This document shows positions 9,401 through 18,307 of a stretch of 64,000 nucleotides of DNA, in pieces; within the stretch, counting starts at the first letter, position 1; the number at the start of each line of letters is the position of its first letter. The stretch lies in the NCBI GenBank assembly GCA_965215265.1, contig OZ244048.1, positions 3,552,001 to 3,616,000 on the forward strand, in the 5' to 3' direction. The translations under genes and the position numbers were made by a program. Below the pieces are notes generated by a model. The model did no database searches and had not been told where the DNA came from. It saw nothing but the letters and a program-made list of their open reading frames with translations. Origin of the DNA: Candidatus Poribacteria bacterium (lineage in GTDB: Bacteria > Poribacteria > WGA-4E > WGA-3G).

Positions 9401-11481
9401 CCGTAGTTGAACTCATCGTAAATGTTTTGAACATCAACAACTTTAGTGCGCATGCCGTTTTGTGCCCGGAAGTTAGCGAGCGCTTGTACGTCTGGAATAA
9501 AAAGCGTATCTGTAATGATGATGTAATCTGCGCCGTTGTGTGTACTGCGTAAGTTGGCGGGTCTATCTTTTTGTATTTCCGGTTTTAGAAATTGTTCCCG
9601 CGTCAGCGCGATGTATTGAATTGTTGTATTCTGTGGATGCGTGTTACCGGTTTGTGTGGTATCAAAAGCGAGTTTGTAGGTGCCTGCTGCTTCCTCATTG
9701 TCCACAATAGGATAGCCGATATAGCGGGTCCCATCAACACCGTAAATCTCAATGTTGGGAGTAGAAAAGTTTTTCAACCACTTTCTGGTGTTAGTCTGTT
9801 CCGGAAAAGGGGTGATTGAAAATGGGAGGACATCCGCTTTTGCCTCAAACGTTCGCCAGTATTCGACTTCAAACCAGTTAAACATGACTCTATCCAAGGT
9901 GCCATCTGAAGCGTCTCGGAGACTGACACGAAGCGTATTTGTTCCTTCTTGCAAAAAGGAGAGTGGGATTTCCTGATTCTCAAATTGGAATTCAATTTGT
10001 CCGTTCCATAGTGGGACTTCAAACCTGCGTTTGTCATTTAACCATAAGTTGACTTGATGTGGAGTGTTAGATCTTCCGTAGAACTGCACGCGTAGTGTTG
10101 CAAATAACCCGGTGCGTGCAACGCCGGGGAGCTCGAAAGGTAACGTTTTTGAACGTGTCGGTGGTACGGATATTGCCGGTAGAGGTGTCCAGAACCAACT
10201 GTCGCTTGGAAGTTCGGGTAGCTCTGTTAGGGTAAAGAAACGTTCCTGTAGTCCTGCACCAATTTGTAAGTACTCACTTCCTTCTGCGAGGTTTGCTTCC
10301 TCAAACCTTGCAAAATGCTGATCTTTCTCAAAATGCGCGCGTGTGAGAAAGCGTTGATAGAAGGGTGGAGGTGCCCCTGTTTCTGTTAACGCATCTCCTA
10401 TATCTGCTGGGGCTGTTTTCGTCCCCATTCGGATTCCGGGGGTGCCACTCCAAGTAAGCCAATAGATGTTTTCATCAGAAAAGGGATCGAAGTAAGTGGT
10501 TTCTCCGCGGTTCCGCTGGCCATAGAAAACAATCTCATCGTCTGGGTCAAAACTTCCATCGCTTTCGCCTCGCACAAAAATAGGTATCTGTCTACCTTTG
10601 TTTGACAGTTTAAACGTAGCTGGTACGATAGAGTCAATATCTTCTACGATGGCTTTTGCCAGGTCTCGTCCGGTGATGTGGTACATTCCATCTTGGCTGA
10701 TAACTATTTTATAGTGCGGGGTGACGGGTAAAACGGTTGTAGGGGCACCAGGTGCCGGTAGGGAAGCAGCACGCCACTGTTTTGCTGTGTGTGGATTGAT
10801 AAGCATATTCTCTAACATTGCGTCGTAAACAGGCGATTCGGGGCGTAGAAACCGGTGCATCGCAGGTGGCGCGCTTCCTGAGCGGTGAAACTGCACTTCA
10901 ACGATGAGCCGATGATAGAACTTAACCTCTCCAGTTACAGGGTTATACTGTACTGGGTTCAGTTGAATTGGGAGGACTCTATTCTCTCGAATCCAGCCTG
11001 CTGCTTTGATTTCAACGGCTCTGTCAGGAAAAAAACGGTTCTTAGAAGTTGTACGTGTTCTATGTTCTAGCGCAGCTACAGTGCGTATGCGAAAGTCACT
11101 TTGAACGATGCGGAGTGTAAAATCCGCGTCAGGTGGTACCCCGATTAACGCTGATTTTACGGGCATCGGCGGCATGCCCGGCTGGGTTGTGAAATCGGCA
11201 CCGGGGAACGAAAATGGAGAAATCGGAGATGGCGGGGAAAAGGTATTCTTCTCTGTCCTCGAGGACAGAGAAGGAAAACCGAACCCCGCTAATTGTGCAT
11301 CCGGTAGTGCAGCAACATTAAAATCAGTTTCCGGGATAATGAGTTGAATTTTTATGCTGTGCACGGTCGCACTGAGCAGTTCAATCTCTCCGCTTGACCG
11401 TGCAGTTTTTTTTCCATGTACACCGAACGTGGCTATGCCTAAGAGTAATAGAATCGTCGTGAATAAAAAGGTCTGTTTCAT
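6454..11481 (-). CDS. Peptidase C25 (gingipain-like) with propeptide and C-terminal FlgD-Ig-like sorting domain
   Basis: ADYIII, YVFLVGD, DMLIGRIP, VNYIGHG, SMTCYTAHFD, LFGDP, and C-terminal NFPNPF...LANGVYLYK. Confidence 0.9.
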   Translation of the reverse strand: MKQTFLFTTILLLLGIATFGVHGKKTARSSGEIELLSATVHSIKIQLIIPETDFNVAALPDAQLAGFGFPSLSSRTEKNTFSPPSPISPFSFPGADFTTQPGMPPMPVKSALIGVPPDADFTLRIVQSDFRIRTVAALEHRTRTTSKNRFFPDRAVEIKAAGWIRENRVLPIQLNPVQYNPVTGEVKFYHRLIVEVQFHRSGSAPPAMHRFLRPESPVYDAMLENMLINPHTAKQWRAASLPAPGAPTTVLPVTPHYKIVISQDGMYHITGRDLAKAIVEDIDSIVPATFKLSNKGRQIPIFVRGESDGSFDPDDEIVFYGQRNRGETTYFDPFSDENIYWLTWSGTPGIRMGTKTAPADIGDALTETGAPPPFYQRFLTRAHFEKDQHFARFEEANLAEGSEYLQIGAGLQERFFTLTELPELPSDSWFWTPLPAISVPPTRSKTLPFELPGVARTGLFATLRVQFYGRSNTPHQVNLWLNDKRRFEVPLWNGQIEFQFENQEIPLSFLQEGTNTLRVSLRDASDGTLDRVMFNWFEVEYWRTFEAKADVLPFSITPFPEQTNTRKWLKNFSTPNIEIYGVDGTRYIGYPIVDNEEAAGTYKLAFDTTQTGNTHPQNTTIQYIALTREQFLKPEIQKDRPANLRSTHNGADYIIITDTLFIPDVQALANFRAQNGMRTKVVDVQNIYDEFNYGIVNPYAVREFLKYAYQNWQPPAPTYVFLVGDTHNSPKTHPNFVPTIQVQIPGYGSSASDHQFVTFRGDDSFPDMLIGRIPATNRVDVRTFVEHAINYETNAEIGPWQKRLLMLAGTDWRFHSQTEGLLKQNEIRSKYEITPIYAPITQTETASEQNNLFVGRQVIDAFNDGVSIVNYIGHGAGGVWSSSRMLDLEDPEQNLTNIAQLPFVISMTCYTAHFDGNSSCLAEELLRSQNGGAIAVIGGTSIGLLDGDYILNRAIFDVIFKDKTSHIGAILAEAKTLFLINAPSYFDLAEVFTLFGDPATQLRLPHTQMKLTADIDQTSMMVSGALANHNFTGNAEIVVFPRSLQSSRDTEIEPPPPERETVPVVNGQFTTEILLPANSQFDNGNIQAYAWNTEEDAIGYANYNALQRYLDNVRIVPYPVEPEQPVHLYTEVRNKNDIEAMTLFWSLDGFEFETIPVVQHTGSTYRSEQPIPGYPARELIDYYLEVEVRGGKTFQTEIETYEFGLIDVDLTILQETIAWNIEPPFTLSAQIRNRATMPARDVSVHFFQMPTQADTGTTTPTLEALQNATQIGEVQMLAEVLPETHVIVSVPWQPPLGNYLVTVVIDLPSQAHPKGNIIERRELNNIAARQFKNNRILLTPKHREITSVDGALHLSVSPESLQSSTVMTFEQRELSIANQPDIFPIVEINASGETVADASVAYHFSVNEPAELKATASFIKPANSDAHIYMLHAETRNWIRIGNETLTDEKISTQVTLPGTFALLSHADSRPPILEMTVEHQGFIDGDYVSKSPTISARIEDANGIDPRTENLLITKNGARVPQDEYVIASSPVNSRVLLVTYTPVLEAGEYRIRLQAQDANGNPASTEHTANVAGEFAIKNIANFPNPFRPGRGTDFAYYLTERADQVSLKIYTLTGRLISTIDTLDASVSYNEFHYDGIDADGEPLANGVYLYKFTARKDDKRKQKVGKIVVLK

Positions 11482-11483
11482 AC

Positions 11484-11766
11484 TTTTATATATTTCCGTA
11501 CCATAAAGGGTTATGTTGTGTTAAATCCGATGTAGATCTCGTCGGAGGTTCCTGATGTAATGAATCTAAACCTAGAAGAGCTCAGACGAGTGGCAGGATA
11601 GGTAAGTTTACGAAACGAAATTGAGGGTGGTGCCCGCCCACCCGAATCCTTCTTTGTTTCTCCTGAAACCTGAGGTCAATACCTTACCCGTCAACCCAAT
11701 GGGTGGCGAGTAAAAGGTAGTGATAGCGTGTCCTTCAGGACTCGCGATACTACCTATCTCGCCACT
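11484..11766. repeat. R1 copy fused to an R2 composite
   Basis: TATATTTCCGTACCAT...GTAGATCTCGTCGG, then CTCAGACGAG joined to TGGCAGGATAGGTA, CCCGCCCACCCGAATCC, CCCAATGGGTGGCGAGTAAAAGGTAG and CTACCTATCTCGCCAC. Confidence 0.85.
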
Positions 11767-12370
11767 AATTTCGGGCGAGGTGGTAAACTTCAATCTCCCG
11801 GAGTTGGGCGATTGCAGGCTGTACGACTCGATAGTGCGGGTAGTACTGGCCGGCAAGTGTTGTGCGCCGGTCTAATACTTTATCGCCGGGCTCGGCAATA
11901 ATTTTGTTAACGATGATATCATCCACAGTGCGAGTGACGGTTACCCGAAGCATCTGGGTTTGAAAGTTCAATCGATCAAAGACGAACGTCGGTTGGGCAC
12001 TTTCTCCATCGAGATTGCGTCGCTGGATGATGGAATCAAAGGTTTCCCATTCACCGGTCTCCTCATTCAAATAGTCCATCTCGAACCGGAACAAGTTTCC
12101 GTTGTGGATGATAATTTTTCGTACTGGCTTGATTTCAGCAAATCGAATGATAAAGTTCCGATCATTTCGAGCTGGGAGAGTCGCTAAAGTTTCAACATTA
12201 CCGTCGTTTAAGCCGGGGTGGTTCGCTTCTGTGCCGTAATTTGTGAGGGCCATGTTTTCGCTGTACCGGGTTGATAAAACCTCAACGATTCTACAAGCGT
12301 TGAGTTGTAAGCAGATAATTAGAAGCCACAAAAGTATCACGGACTGGTATGCACTGCTACGGGGTACCAT
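11765..12370 (-). CDS. Putative lipoprotein with a discoidin-like domain
   Basis: Start re-set to ATG 12370 (GAGGAG RBS). Hydrophobic leader with LNAC, ENMAL..LNDGN, and C-terminal LREIEVY. Confidence 0.65.
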   Translation of the reverse strand: MVPRSSAYQSVILLWLLIICLQLNACRIVEVLSTRYSENMALTNYGTEANHPGLNDGNVETLATLPARNDRNFIIRFAEIKPVRKIIIHNGNLFRFEMDYLNEETGEWETFDSIIQRRNLDGESAQPTFVFDRLNFQTQMLRVTVTRTVDDIIVNKIIAEPGDKVLDRRTTLAGQYYPHYRVVQPAIAQLREIEVYHLARN

Positions 12371-12384
12371 TTTTTTCTCCTCTA

Positions 12385-12640
12385 TTTTCGTATACTGGAG
12401 CCCCATCAACGTCTCTGTTTTGATAACTCGTGTGTAAATCTCGCCAGAGCCATTCTAGGTTATGATTCTTCAATAACTTTTTTATTTTCGTATACTGGAG
12501 CCCCATCAACGTCTCTGTTTTGATAACTCGTGTGTAAATCTCGCCTTTTTCGTATATCTCCGTACCATCAACGCTTAGGTATTGACAGCTCGTGTGTAAA
12601 TCTCGTCGGAGATTCCTTAGGTTATGATTCTTCAATAACT
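12385..12640 (-). repeat. Three head-to-tail R1 copies
   Basis: 12383-12445 is identical to 12483-12545. Third copy from 12546. Tails CTAGGTTATGATTCTTCAATAAC. Confidence 0.9.
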
Positions 12641-12717
12641 TTTCTATTTTTAGTCACGGTCGGGTTGGTGTGAATGTTCCATCGATTCATCGTGTTAGAG
12701 ACTTTAAACAGATTACG

Positions 12718-12797
12718 TTTTTCTGTATCTCTCCGTAAAGAAGTTCTCCCTGCAAGTGGCAGGATAGGTATGGCTCCCACCCACCCAAATCCTTGAG
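12718..12797. repeat. R1 end joined to an R2 fragment
   Basis: GTATCTCTCCGTA joined to AAGAAGTTCTCCCTGCAAGTGGCAGGATAGGTA...CCCACCCACCCAAATCC. Confidence 0.75.
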
Positions 12798-13070
12798 TTA
12801 GCCTGCAACATCAAACCGGTCTACGATACCCATCACAAGTTCACGGATAGGGGCATTCTCAACCCCGAAGACTTCTTGTGCAACGCCGGGGCCTGCTCCA
12901 ACAATTACCGTGTCACCTTCACCGGCACCAACGTAATCAACAGCAATCGTTGGCGTACGGACTACCTCGGATTTTAGGCTTAGTGGTTGGATGAGCAGCA
13001 GTGTGCGATTTTGATACGCAGAATGCTTAATAACTGAAACAACTTTGCCAATGACTTTTGCTAGGTACAT
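12798..13070 (-). CDS. eutN: EutN/CcmL microcompartment vertex protein
   Basis: MYLAKVIGKVVSVIKH...AVDYVGAGEGDTV...MGIVD. Confidence 0.9.
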   Translation of the reverse strand: MYLAKVIGKVVSVIKHSAYQNRTLLLIQPLSLKSEVVRTPTIAVDYVGAGEGDTVIVGAGPGVAQEVFGVENAPIRELVMGIVDRFDVAG

Positions 13071-13110
13071 GTTTAGAATTTAGTTAATCGGATTGGACAG
13101 CATTTCTTCG

Positions 13111-13197
13111 TTTCTGTATATCTCCGTACCATCATCACTTATGTCACGATGTCTTATATGTAAATCTCGTCAGAGCCATTTGATGTATTGACTCTAA
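13111..13197 (-). repeat. R1 copy
   Basis: GTATATCTCCGTACCATCA...TGTAAATCTCGTCAGAGCC...GACTCTAA. Confidence 0.85.
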
Positions 13198-13236
13198 ACA
13201 TCATCCGTTGGTTGAAGGTGGTATTGGTTCAGTCTC

Positions 13237-13515
13237 CTATGGTGTATCATGCAAGGAGATAGAATCTACAATGCCAACAATTGCGACATCTACCGGCATC
13301 CGTTTACCAGGTAAAACCCCTGCAGCATCACCGCCGGTGACTATGTAGACTGTTTCGCCGATTCCTGCATCTTGTAAGGTATCCACTGCAACAATTGGTG
13401 TCGAAATGGGGTTGCGTTTTTGGTCCAAAGGTTGCACGAGGAGGAGACGGGTCCCCTCTAAGCTAGGATGTTTTCGGGTTGCAATGACGGTGCCGATGAC
13501 TTTTGCTATATCCAT
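13237..13515 (-). CDS. eutN: EutN/CcmL microcompartment vertex protein
   Basis: AKVIGTVIATRKHPSLEG...AVDTLQDAGIGE...VDVAIVGIVD. Confidence 0.9.
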   Translation of the reverse strand: MDIAKVIGTVIATRKHPSLEGTRLLLVQPLDQKRNPISTPIVAVDTLQDAGIGETVYIVTGGDAAGVLPGKRMPVDVAIVGIVDSISLHDTP

Positions 13516-13580
13516 TAGTGTTATCTTCCAATGATATAATTCATTTTTTATCTGCTTTGCTTCAGTCTATCTGGAGAAAA

Positions 13581-13724
13581 TTTGTATATCTCCGTACCAT
13601 CACGCTTTATGCTTTGTTAATGACAGTGTAAATCTCGTCTTTTTGTATATCTCCGTACCATCAACGTCTGTGTTTTGATGAGCCGTGTGTAAATCCCGTC
13701 GGAGATATCTTAGGTATAGCATAA
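13581..13724 (-). repeat. Two head-to-tail R1 copies
   Basis: Junction AAATCTCGTC then TTTTTGTATATCTCCG at 13639/13640. Confidence 0.9.
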
Positions 13725-13751
13725 AAATGTATCTGGGATAGGCGATAGCGA

Positions 13752-15194
13752 TTAGGTGAGTTCATATTCAATCAATTTTGTATGGAGCGTATTTCGGTTA
13801 ATGCCGAGTAGTTTTGCGGCCTTGCTCTGATTTTTTTTCGTATGTTCAAGTACAATTTTGAAGAGTGGTTTCTCAAAAATGGCGCGAATTTCAGCATAAA
13901 GTTCGCCATCTTCTGTTTCACGTTCTAGGTAGCGTTCAACTTGTGCGTAGAGAAGGGCATAAACCTGTTCGTCAAAATCGGCATCCTGCATGAAGGTACT
14001 GAGCTGTTCTGCCGTATCCCTTTGTGAGCTGCGTCCTACATGAGTGAAATGTTCGGGGAGTAACATCTGCCCGGAGCACATAACGAGTGAACGTTTGATG
14101 GCATTTTCTAGCTCGCGTACGTTGCCCGGCCACTCATAAACAGTGAGCTGCTCCATAGCGGCTGTTGAGATTCCGATGTGTGGTAATTTGTATTCTTCAA
14201 CAAACCTGCTGGTAAAAAGATCTACTAATTCGGGTATATCTTCTTTCCGTTCTCGGAGTGGTGGAATGACGATAGGAACAACATTCAAGCGATAATAGAG
14301 ATCTTCTCGAAATTCTTTCTGTTCGACTGCTGCTTTAAGGTGCCGGTTGGTTGCAGCAATAATCCGTACATTGACAGTGCGCAGTTCGTTTGAACCAACG
14401 GGCTCAACCTCTCGTTCTTGAAGAACACGTAAGAGTTTCATCTGTACTTCAGCAGGAAGTTCGCCGATTTCATCAAGAAAAATTGTGCCTCCATCTGCTT
14501 GTTCAAATTTCCCTGTCCGCGCTGTCCGTGCATCCGTATAAGCCCCTTTTACATGTCCAAAGAGAGCACTTTCAATGAGGGTTGGTGGGATAGCCCCACA
14601 ATCAACAATGACAAAGGGATTGTCGGCGCGCGGGCTATTGCGGTGAATCAGTTGCGACACCAATTCCTTGCCTGTTCCGCTTTCGCCAAGAATGAGCACA
14701 GTCTCGTCACTCACAGCGGCTCTACCTATCAGTTGGTAAACTGCCTGCATCGCGCTGCTCTGTCCGACTATCTTGCCTTGCCGCTCGATTTCAACAGGGA
14801 GCTGCGAAGTTTGTGCGTGCTTAGTTTGGTTTGAAGCCGATGCAGCACGTCCTACTAAATCCAGCAGTTGCTTTGTATCGACGGGTTTGGTAAGATATCC
14901 ATAAGCACGTTGCTTTGCTGCATCTATCGCGGTTTGCGTAGTGCCGTGGGCAGTGACGATAATAATTGAGGCACTCTTATTGTACTTCTGAATCTCCGTG
15001 ATTAATTCTAGTCCGTTCGCATCGCCCAAAAAGATGTCAAGTAGAATCACATCTGCATCCACTTTTTGAACAACGGCGAGTGTCTCTTTTCCATTTCGGG
15101 CTTTGACTGTATGGTAACCTGCCTTCTCAAGGACGGCAGCAAAGACGCGGCGGAGACTCTCATCGTCATCAGCAATAAGCACTAAGTTTTCCAT
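13752..15194 (-). CDS. Sigma-54-dependent response regulator (NtrC/AtoC family)
   Basis: REC (LIADDD..LLDIFL), GESGTGKE, GAYTDA, FLDEIGE, WPGNVRELEN and Fis HTH. Start re-set to ATG 15194 because the upstream in-frame extension is repeat-derived. Confidence 0.9.
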   Translation of the reverse strand: MENLVLIADDDESLRRVFAAVLEKAGYHTVKARNGKETLAVVQKVDADVILLDIFLGDANGLELITEIQKYNKSASIIIVTAHGTTQTAIDAAKQRAYGYLTKPVDTKQLLDLVGRAASASNQTKHAQTSQLPVEIERQGKIVGQSSAMQAVYQLIGRAAVSDETVLILGESGTGKELVSQLIHRNSPRADNPFVIVDCGAIPPTLIESALFGHVKGAYTDARTARTGKFEQADGGTIFLDEIGELPAEVQMKLLRVLQEREVEPVGSNELRTVNVRIIAATNRHLKAAVEQKEFREDLYYRLNVVPIVIPPLRERKEDIPELVDLFTSRFVEEYKLPHIGISTAAMEQLTVYEWPGNVRELENAIKRSLVMCSGQMLLPEHFTHVGRSSQRDTAEQLSTFMQDADFDEQVYALLYAQVERYLERETEDGELYAEIRAIFEKPLFKIVLEHTKKNQSKAAKLLGINRNTLHTKLIEYELT

Positions 15195-15352
15195 TTTTTT
15201 GTATATCTCCGTACCATCAACGTCTAGGTAATGATAGCTCGTGTGTAAATCTCGTTTTTTTGTATATTTCAGCCCGATAACGCCTGATGTATTGTCAATG
15301 ACTGTGTAAATCTCGTCGGAACCGTTCGATGTATTGTCTCTAAGATGCAACT
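15195..15352 (-). repeat. Two head-to-tail R1 copies between the kinase and regulator genes
   Basis: GTATATCTCCGTACC variant followed by GTATATTTCAGCCCG variant. Confidence 0.9.
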
Positions 15353-15357
15353 TCATC

Positions 15358-16971
15358 TTACCTGCCACCCATTGGGCGGGCTTCAATTCCGGGCAGTGTA
15401 ATAATAAATGCTGCGCCAACTGCCAGCCCGGCTTTTACGTCAATGCTACCGTTGTGTTCCTCAAGAATTTTTCGACTGATATAGAGCCCAAGTCCAGTGC
15501 CTTTCTGTTTTGTTGTATAGAAAGGATGGAAGAGCTGTGGCACCTCATCGGGCAAAATCCCGGGTCCCGTGTCTTGAACGCTAATGTATACTAATTTTTC
15601 CGCCTTTCGGTACTCTGTTCGAAGCGTCAGCGTTCCCCCCGCTTCCATAGCTTCTATCGCATTGTAGAATAGATTCAGGAGAACCTGCGTTATTCCATCA
15701 GGGTTAACGTTCACCTTCGGATAGGGCGACTGATATTTAGTCACTACCTGAATGGCGTACCGTTGCAATTCTGTTTCACAAATTGAGAGGCTGTCGGTAA
15801 GCAATTCGTGTATATCACAAGGTTTCGCGAATTCCATCGCTGGTTTACTGAAAGCAAGCAGCTGCTCAATAAACCGGTTGAGCCGGTCAACCTCTTTGAT
15901 AATAATTTCGGCATATTCGTCTGATTCGGATTCCGTTGTCTGCTGGAGGAGCTGCGTTCCCAAGCGTATACTGCTGAGTGGGTTACGAACCTCGTGAGCA
16001 ATTGTCCGGACTAACCTTCCGAGCGTTGCCAGACGTTCAGATTCAACAAGCGCTTCAATAGTCTGCTGGATTTTGACGCGCTGTGCGATGATGGATGCAA
16101 CAATCGTCAGTAGCTGCTGGTCATCTTCCGCTGAAAATTCGTCCGATGCCTTATCAATAGTCAAGGTTCCCACAACTTGTTCTTCGACGATAACAGGTAT
16201 ACACCAGAACGCGATTGCATCCTTTCCTCTTTTTTTTATTTCAGAGTTCCCATTTTCTGATATTTTCGTGATAACACTTGAATCTTCATCAGAAATTTCA
16301 GATCCGAGTTCGAAGAGTTTAACATAACTTCTTGGGAGTCGGGCGTGTGGGACTCCAACGGCTTTACCTGTTGCCAGTACACGTTTCTGAATATCCCCAA
16401 TCAGCCCATCAGTTCCACGTTTGAGTTCCGCCGGGGTTAGTCCGAGAACTACCTCAGCCGATGTAACAACTTTTTTCTCGTTGTAGAGATGCAAAGCTCC
16501 TCGGTAGATACCGAGGCGATTGGAGAGAATTTCAATAATCCGCTGAAAGAGTTCAGCGAGCTCAAGATTAGCATTCGCGGCTTGACTCACTTCAAAAAGC
16601 GTCGACAAATCTCTTACGCGCTTTTCTAAATCTGCATTGATATTATTTATCTGTTTCAACTGTTCTCCGTGAACGCCGCGCTCGGTTCGTAGTTGTCGGA
16701 TAATATGAATGACTCCGAGGACAAGAAACGGATAAAAAAAGGCAACGACAATGCTTTGTATTTGGATTGGCTGGTGAAAAGCATAGATTAAATTGGCTGC
16801 TGCTGTCAGCGTGAGCAAGAATTTCTGTCCCCATTCTCGATCGTATATCACAGCGAGCATCATCACGCCGTAGTAACTGTGGCTCAGTATTTGATAGTAC
16901 TGTGGCACGTGAAGTAGATATACCAGCAGATTTGAACCAAGCACTAAAAGTGCCAGCAGAAATGTTATCAT
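15358..16971 (-). CDS. Membrane GAF-domain sensor histidine kinase
   Basis: TM helices, GAF, AHEVRNPL, NLFYNAIEAM, DTGPG and GTGLGL. Confidence 0.9.
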   Translation of the reverse strand: MITFLLALLVLGSNLLVYLLHVPQYYQILSHSYYGVMMLAVIYDREWGQKFLLTLTAAANLIYAFHQPIQIQSIVVAFFYPFLVLGVIHIIRQLRTERGVHGEQLKQINNINADLEKRVRDLSTLFEVSQAANANLELAELFQRIIEILSNRLGIYRGALHLYNEKKVVTSAEVVLGLTPAELKRGTDGLIGDIQKRVLATGKAVGVPHARLPRSYVKLFELGSEISDEDSSVITKISENGNSEIKKRGKDAIAFWCIPVIVEEQVVGTLTIDKASDEFSAEDDQQLLTIVASIIAQRVKIQQTIEALVESERLATLGRLVRTIAHEVRNPLSSIRLGTQLLQQTTESESDEYAEIIIKEVDRLNRFIEQLLAFSKPAMEFAKPCDIHELLTDSLSICETELQRYAIQVVTKYQSPYPKVNVNPDGITQVLLNLFYNAIEAMEAGGTLTLRTEYRKAEKLVYISVQDTGPGILPDEVPQLFHPFYTTKQKGTGLGLYISRKILEEHNGSIDVKAGLAVGAAFIITLPGIEARPMGGR

Positions 16972-17669
16972 AGCGTTAAGAAATTGTTTAGCATTTTTAA
17001 ACCGACCTGACCGCTTTTTTCCAAGTGAAACTGAGTTGCGATAAGGTTATCGTGGGCGAGTGCGCTACAAAATTCGAGCCCGTACGTTGTCTGCCCGATC
17101 ACAACATCTGTTGCCTTTGGAACAGGATAATAGGAGTTGACGAAGTAGAAATGCGCGGGGTTTGGAATTCCTTCAAAAACCGGATGCGATCGGGTTTGAT
17201 GTACTTGATTCCAGCCGATTTGTGGGACCTTTAGTGCAAATCTTTTTTCCATTTCGAACCCGAGCGTTTTTGCTAGTGATGCTCCAGATTGTGGAGATAT
17301 TTTTTTGGTGCCCACCCACCCTTTTCCAGTCTCTCCTTTCAGGTTGGGGAATTTTTTCACGTGCCCTGGCAAGAATCCGAGGCAAGTAGTATCCTCCTCG
17401 TTACTGTGTTCAAAGAGGATCTGGATACCGATGCAGATGCCGAGCATCGGTTTACCGGTCTGATAAAAGTTCTCCAAAGTTTGGTCAAGTCCACGCTTCT
17501 GTAGCGTTTGCATCGTCGCTTTTGCTGCACCGACTCCAGGGAAGATGACCCGGTCGGCGGCTAAAATTGTTTCGGTTGCGTCTGTGATTTCATTTTCATA
17601 ACCGAGATGCGTTAAAGCGCGAGCAACACTCGTGAGGTTTCCAGCCTCATAGTCTATAATTGCAACCAT
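16968..17669 (-). CDS. hisH: Imidazole glycerol phosphate synthase subunit HisH, with in-frame insertion
   Basis: IIDYEAGNL, PGVG, LGICIG, KVPQIGWN and QFHLEKS. Confidence 0.93.
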   Translation of the reverse strand: MVAIIDYEAGNLTSVARALTHLGYENEITDATETILAADRVIFPGVGAAKATMQTLQKRGLDQTLENFYQTGKPMLGICIGIQILFEHSNEEDTTCLGFLPGHVKKFPNLKGETGKGWVGTKKISPQSGASLAKTLGFEMEKRFALKVPQIGWNQVHQTRSHPVFEGIPNPAHFYFVNSYYPVPKATDVVIGQTTYGLEFCSALAHDNLIATQFHLEKSGQVGLKMLNNFLTL

Positions 17670-17675
17670 GATTGA

Positions 17676-18158
17676 TTAAAACCCACCTGATTCAGACATT
17701 TGTTTATAAAGATTCGCCATCTCAATTCCAGCGACAGCGGCTTCAAAACCTTTGTTCCCGGCTTTTATGCCAGCCCGTTCAAGTGCTTGTTCTATCGTAT
17801 CCGTGGTGATAACACCATAGATGACCGGAGTGCTTGTATCCATAGCGGCGTGGGCAATACCTTTAGCACTTTCGCCGGCGACATAATCAAAATGCGGTGT
17901 TTGGCCGCGAATCACTGCCCCGATACAAAGAACCGCGTCGTAACGTCCGCTTTTTGCGAGCCGTTTCGCGATGCCGGGTATCTCAAAAGCGCCGGGTATC
18001 CAAAAGACATCAACTGTGTCTAAGTTAACCCCATGGCGCTGCAGTGCATCAAGCGCGCCTGCCAAGAGTTTTTCGGTAACAAAGCTATTGAATCGGCTTA
18101 CAACGATACCGAATGTCAAACCATCGCCGTTAAGGTGTCCTTCATAAACGTTAGGCAT
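17676..18158 (-). CDS. ribH: 6,7-dimethyl-8-ribityllumazine synthase
   Basis: [22 protein letters not shown] and GNKG. Confidence 0.97.
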   Translation of the reverse strand: MPNVYEGHLNGDGLTFGIVVSRFNSFVTEKLLAGALDALQRHGVNLDTVDVFWIPGAFEIPGIAKRLAKSGRYDAVLCIGAVIRGQTPHFDYVAGESAKGIAHAAMDTSTPVIYGVITTDTIEQALERAGIKAGNKGFEAAVAGIEMANLYKQMSESGGF

Positions 18159-18245
18159 GATTTGTCTCCGCCCACCCGCCCAATTCCTTCAAGTGTTTAA
18201 TATGTTTTAGTACTGTGAGCTGCTGATGTTTTTGTACTAAACCGC

Positions 18246-18279
18246 TTTTTGTATATTTCAGCCCGATAACGCCTGATGT
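18246..18279 (-). repeat. Truncated R1 copy
   Basis: TTTTTGTATATTTCAGCCCGATAACGCCTGATGT, identical to the start of the copies at 15256 and 31355. Confidence 0.8.
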
Positions 18280-18307
18280 TCAGTTTCGTATAGTCTCGTG
18301 CTATAAT

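Noticed and set aside
12357-12635. ORFs 12357-12635, 37188-37526, 19699-19941 and 2763-2987 as genes
   Set aside because: They are translations of repeat DNA; variants shift frame between copies.
12385-12640. R1 tandem arrays as a CRISPR array
   Set aside because: The variable cores are homologous to one another rather than unique spacers, arrays have only 2-3 units, and no cas genes are present.
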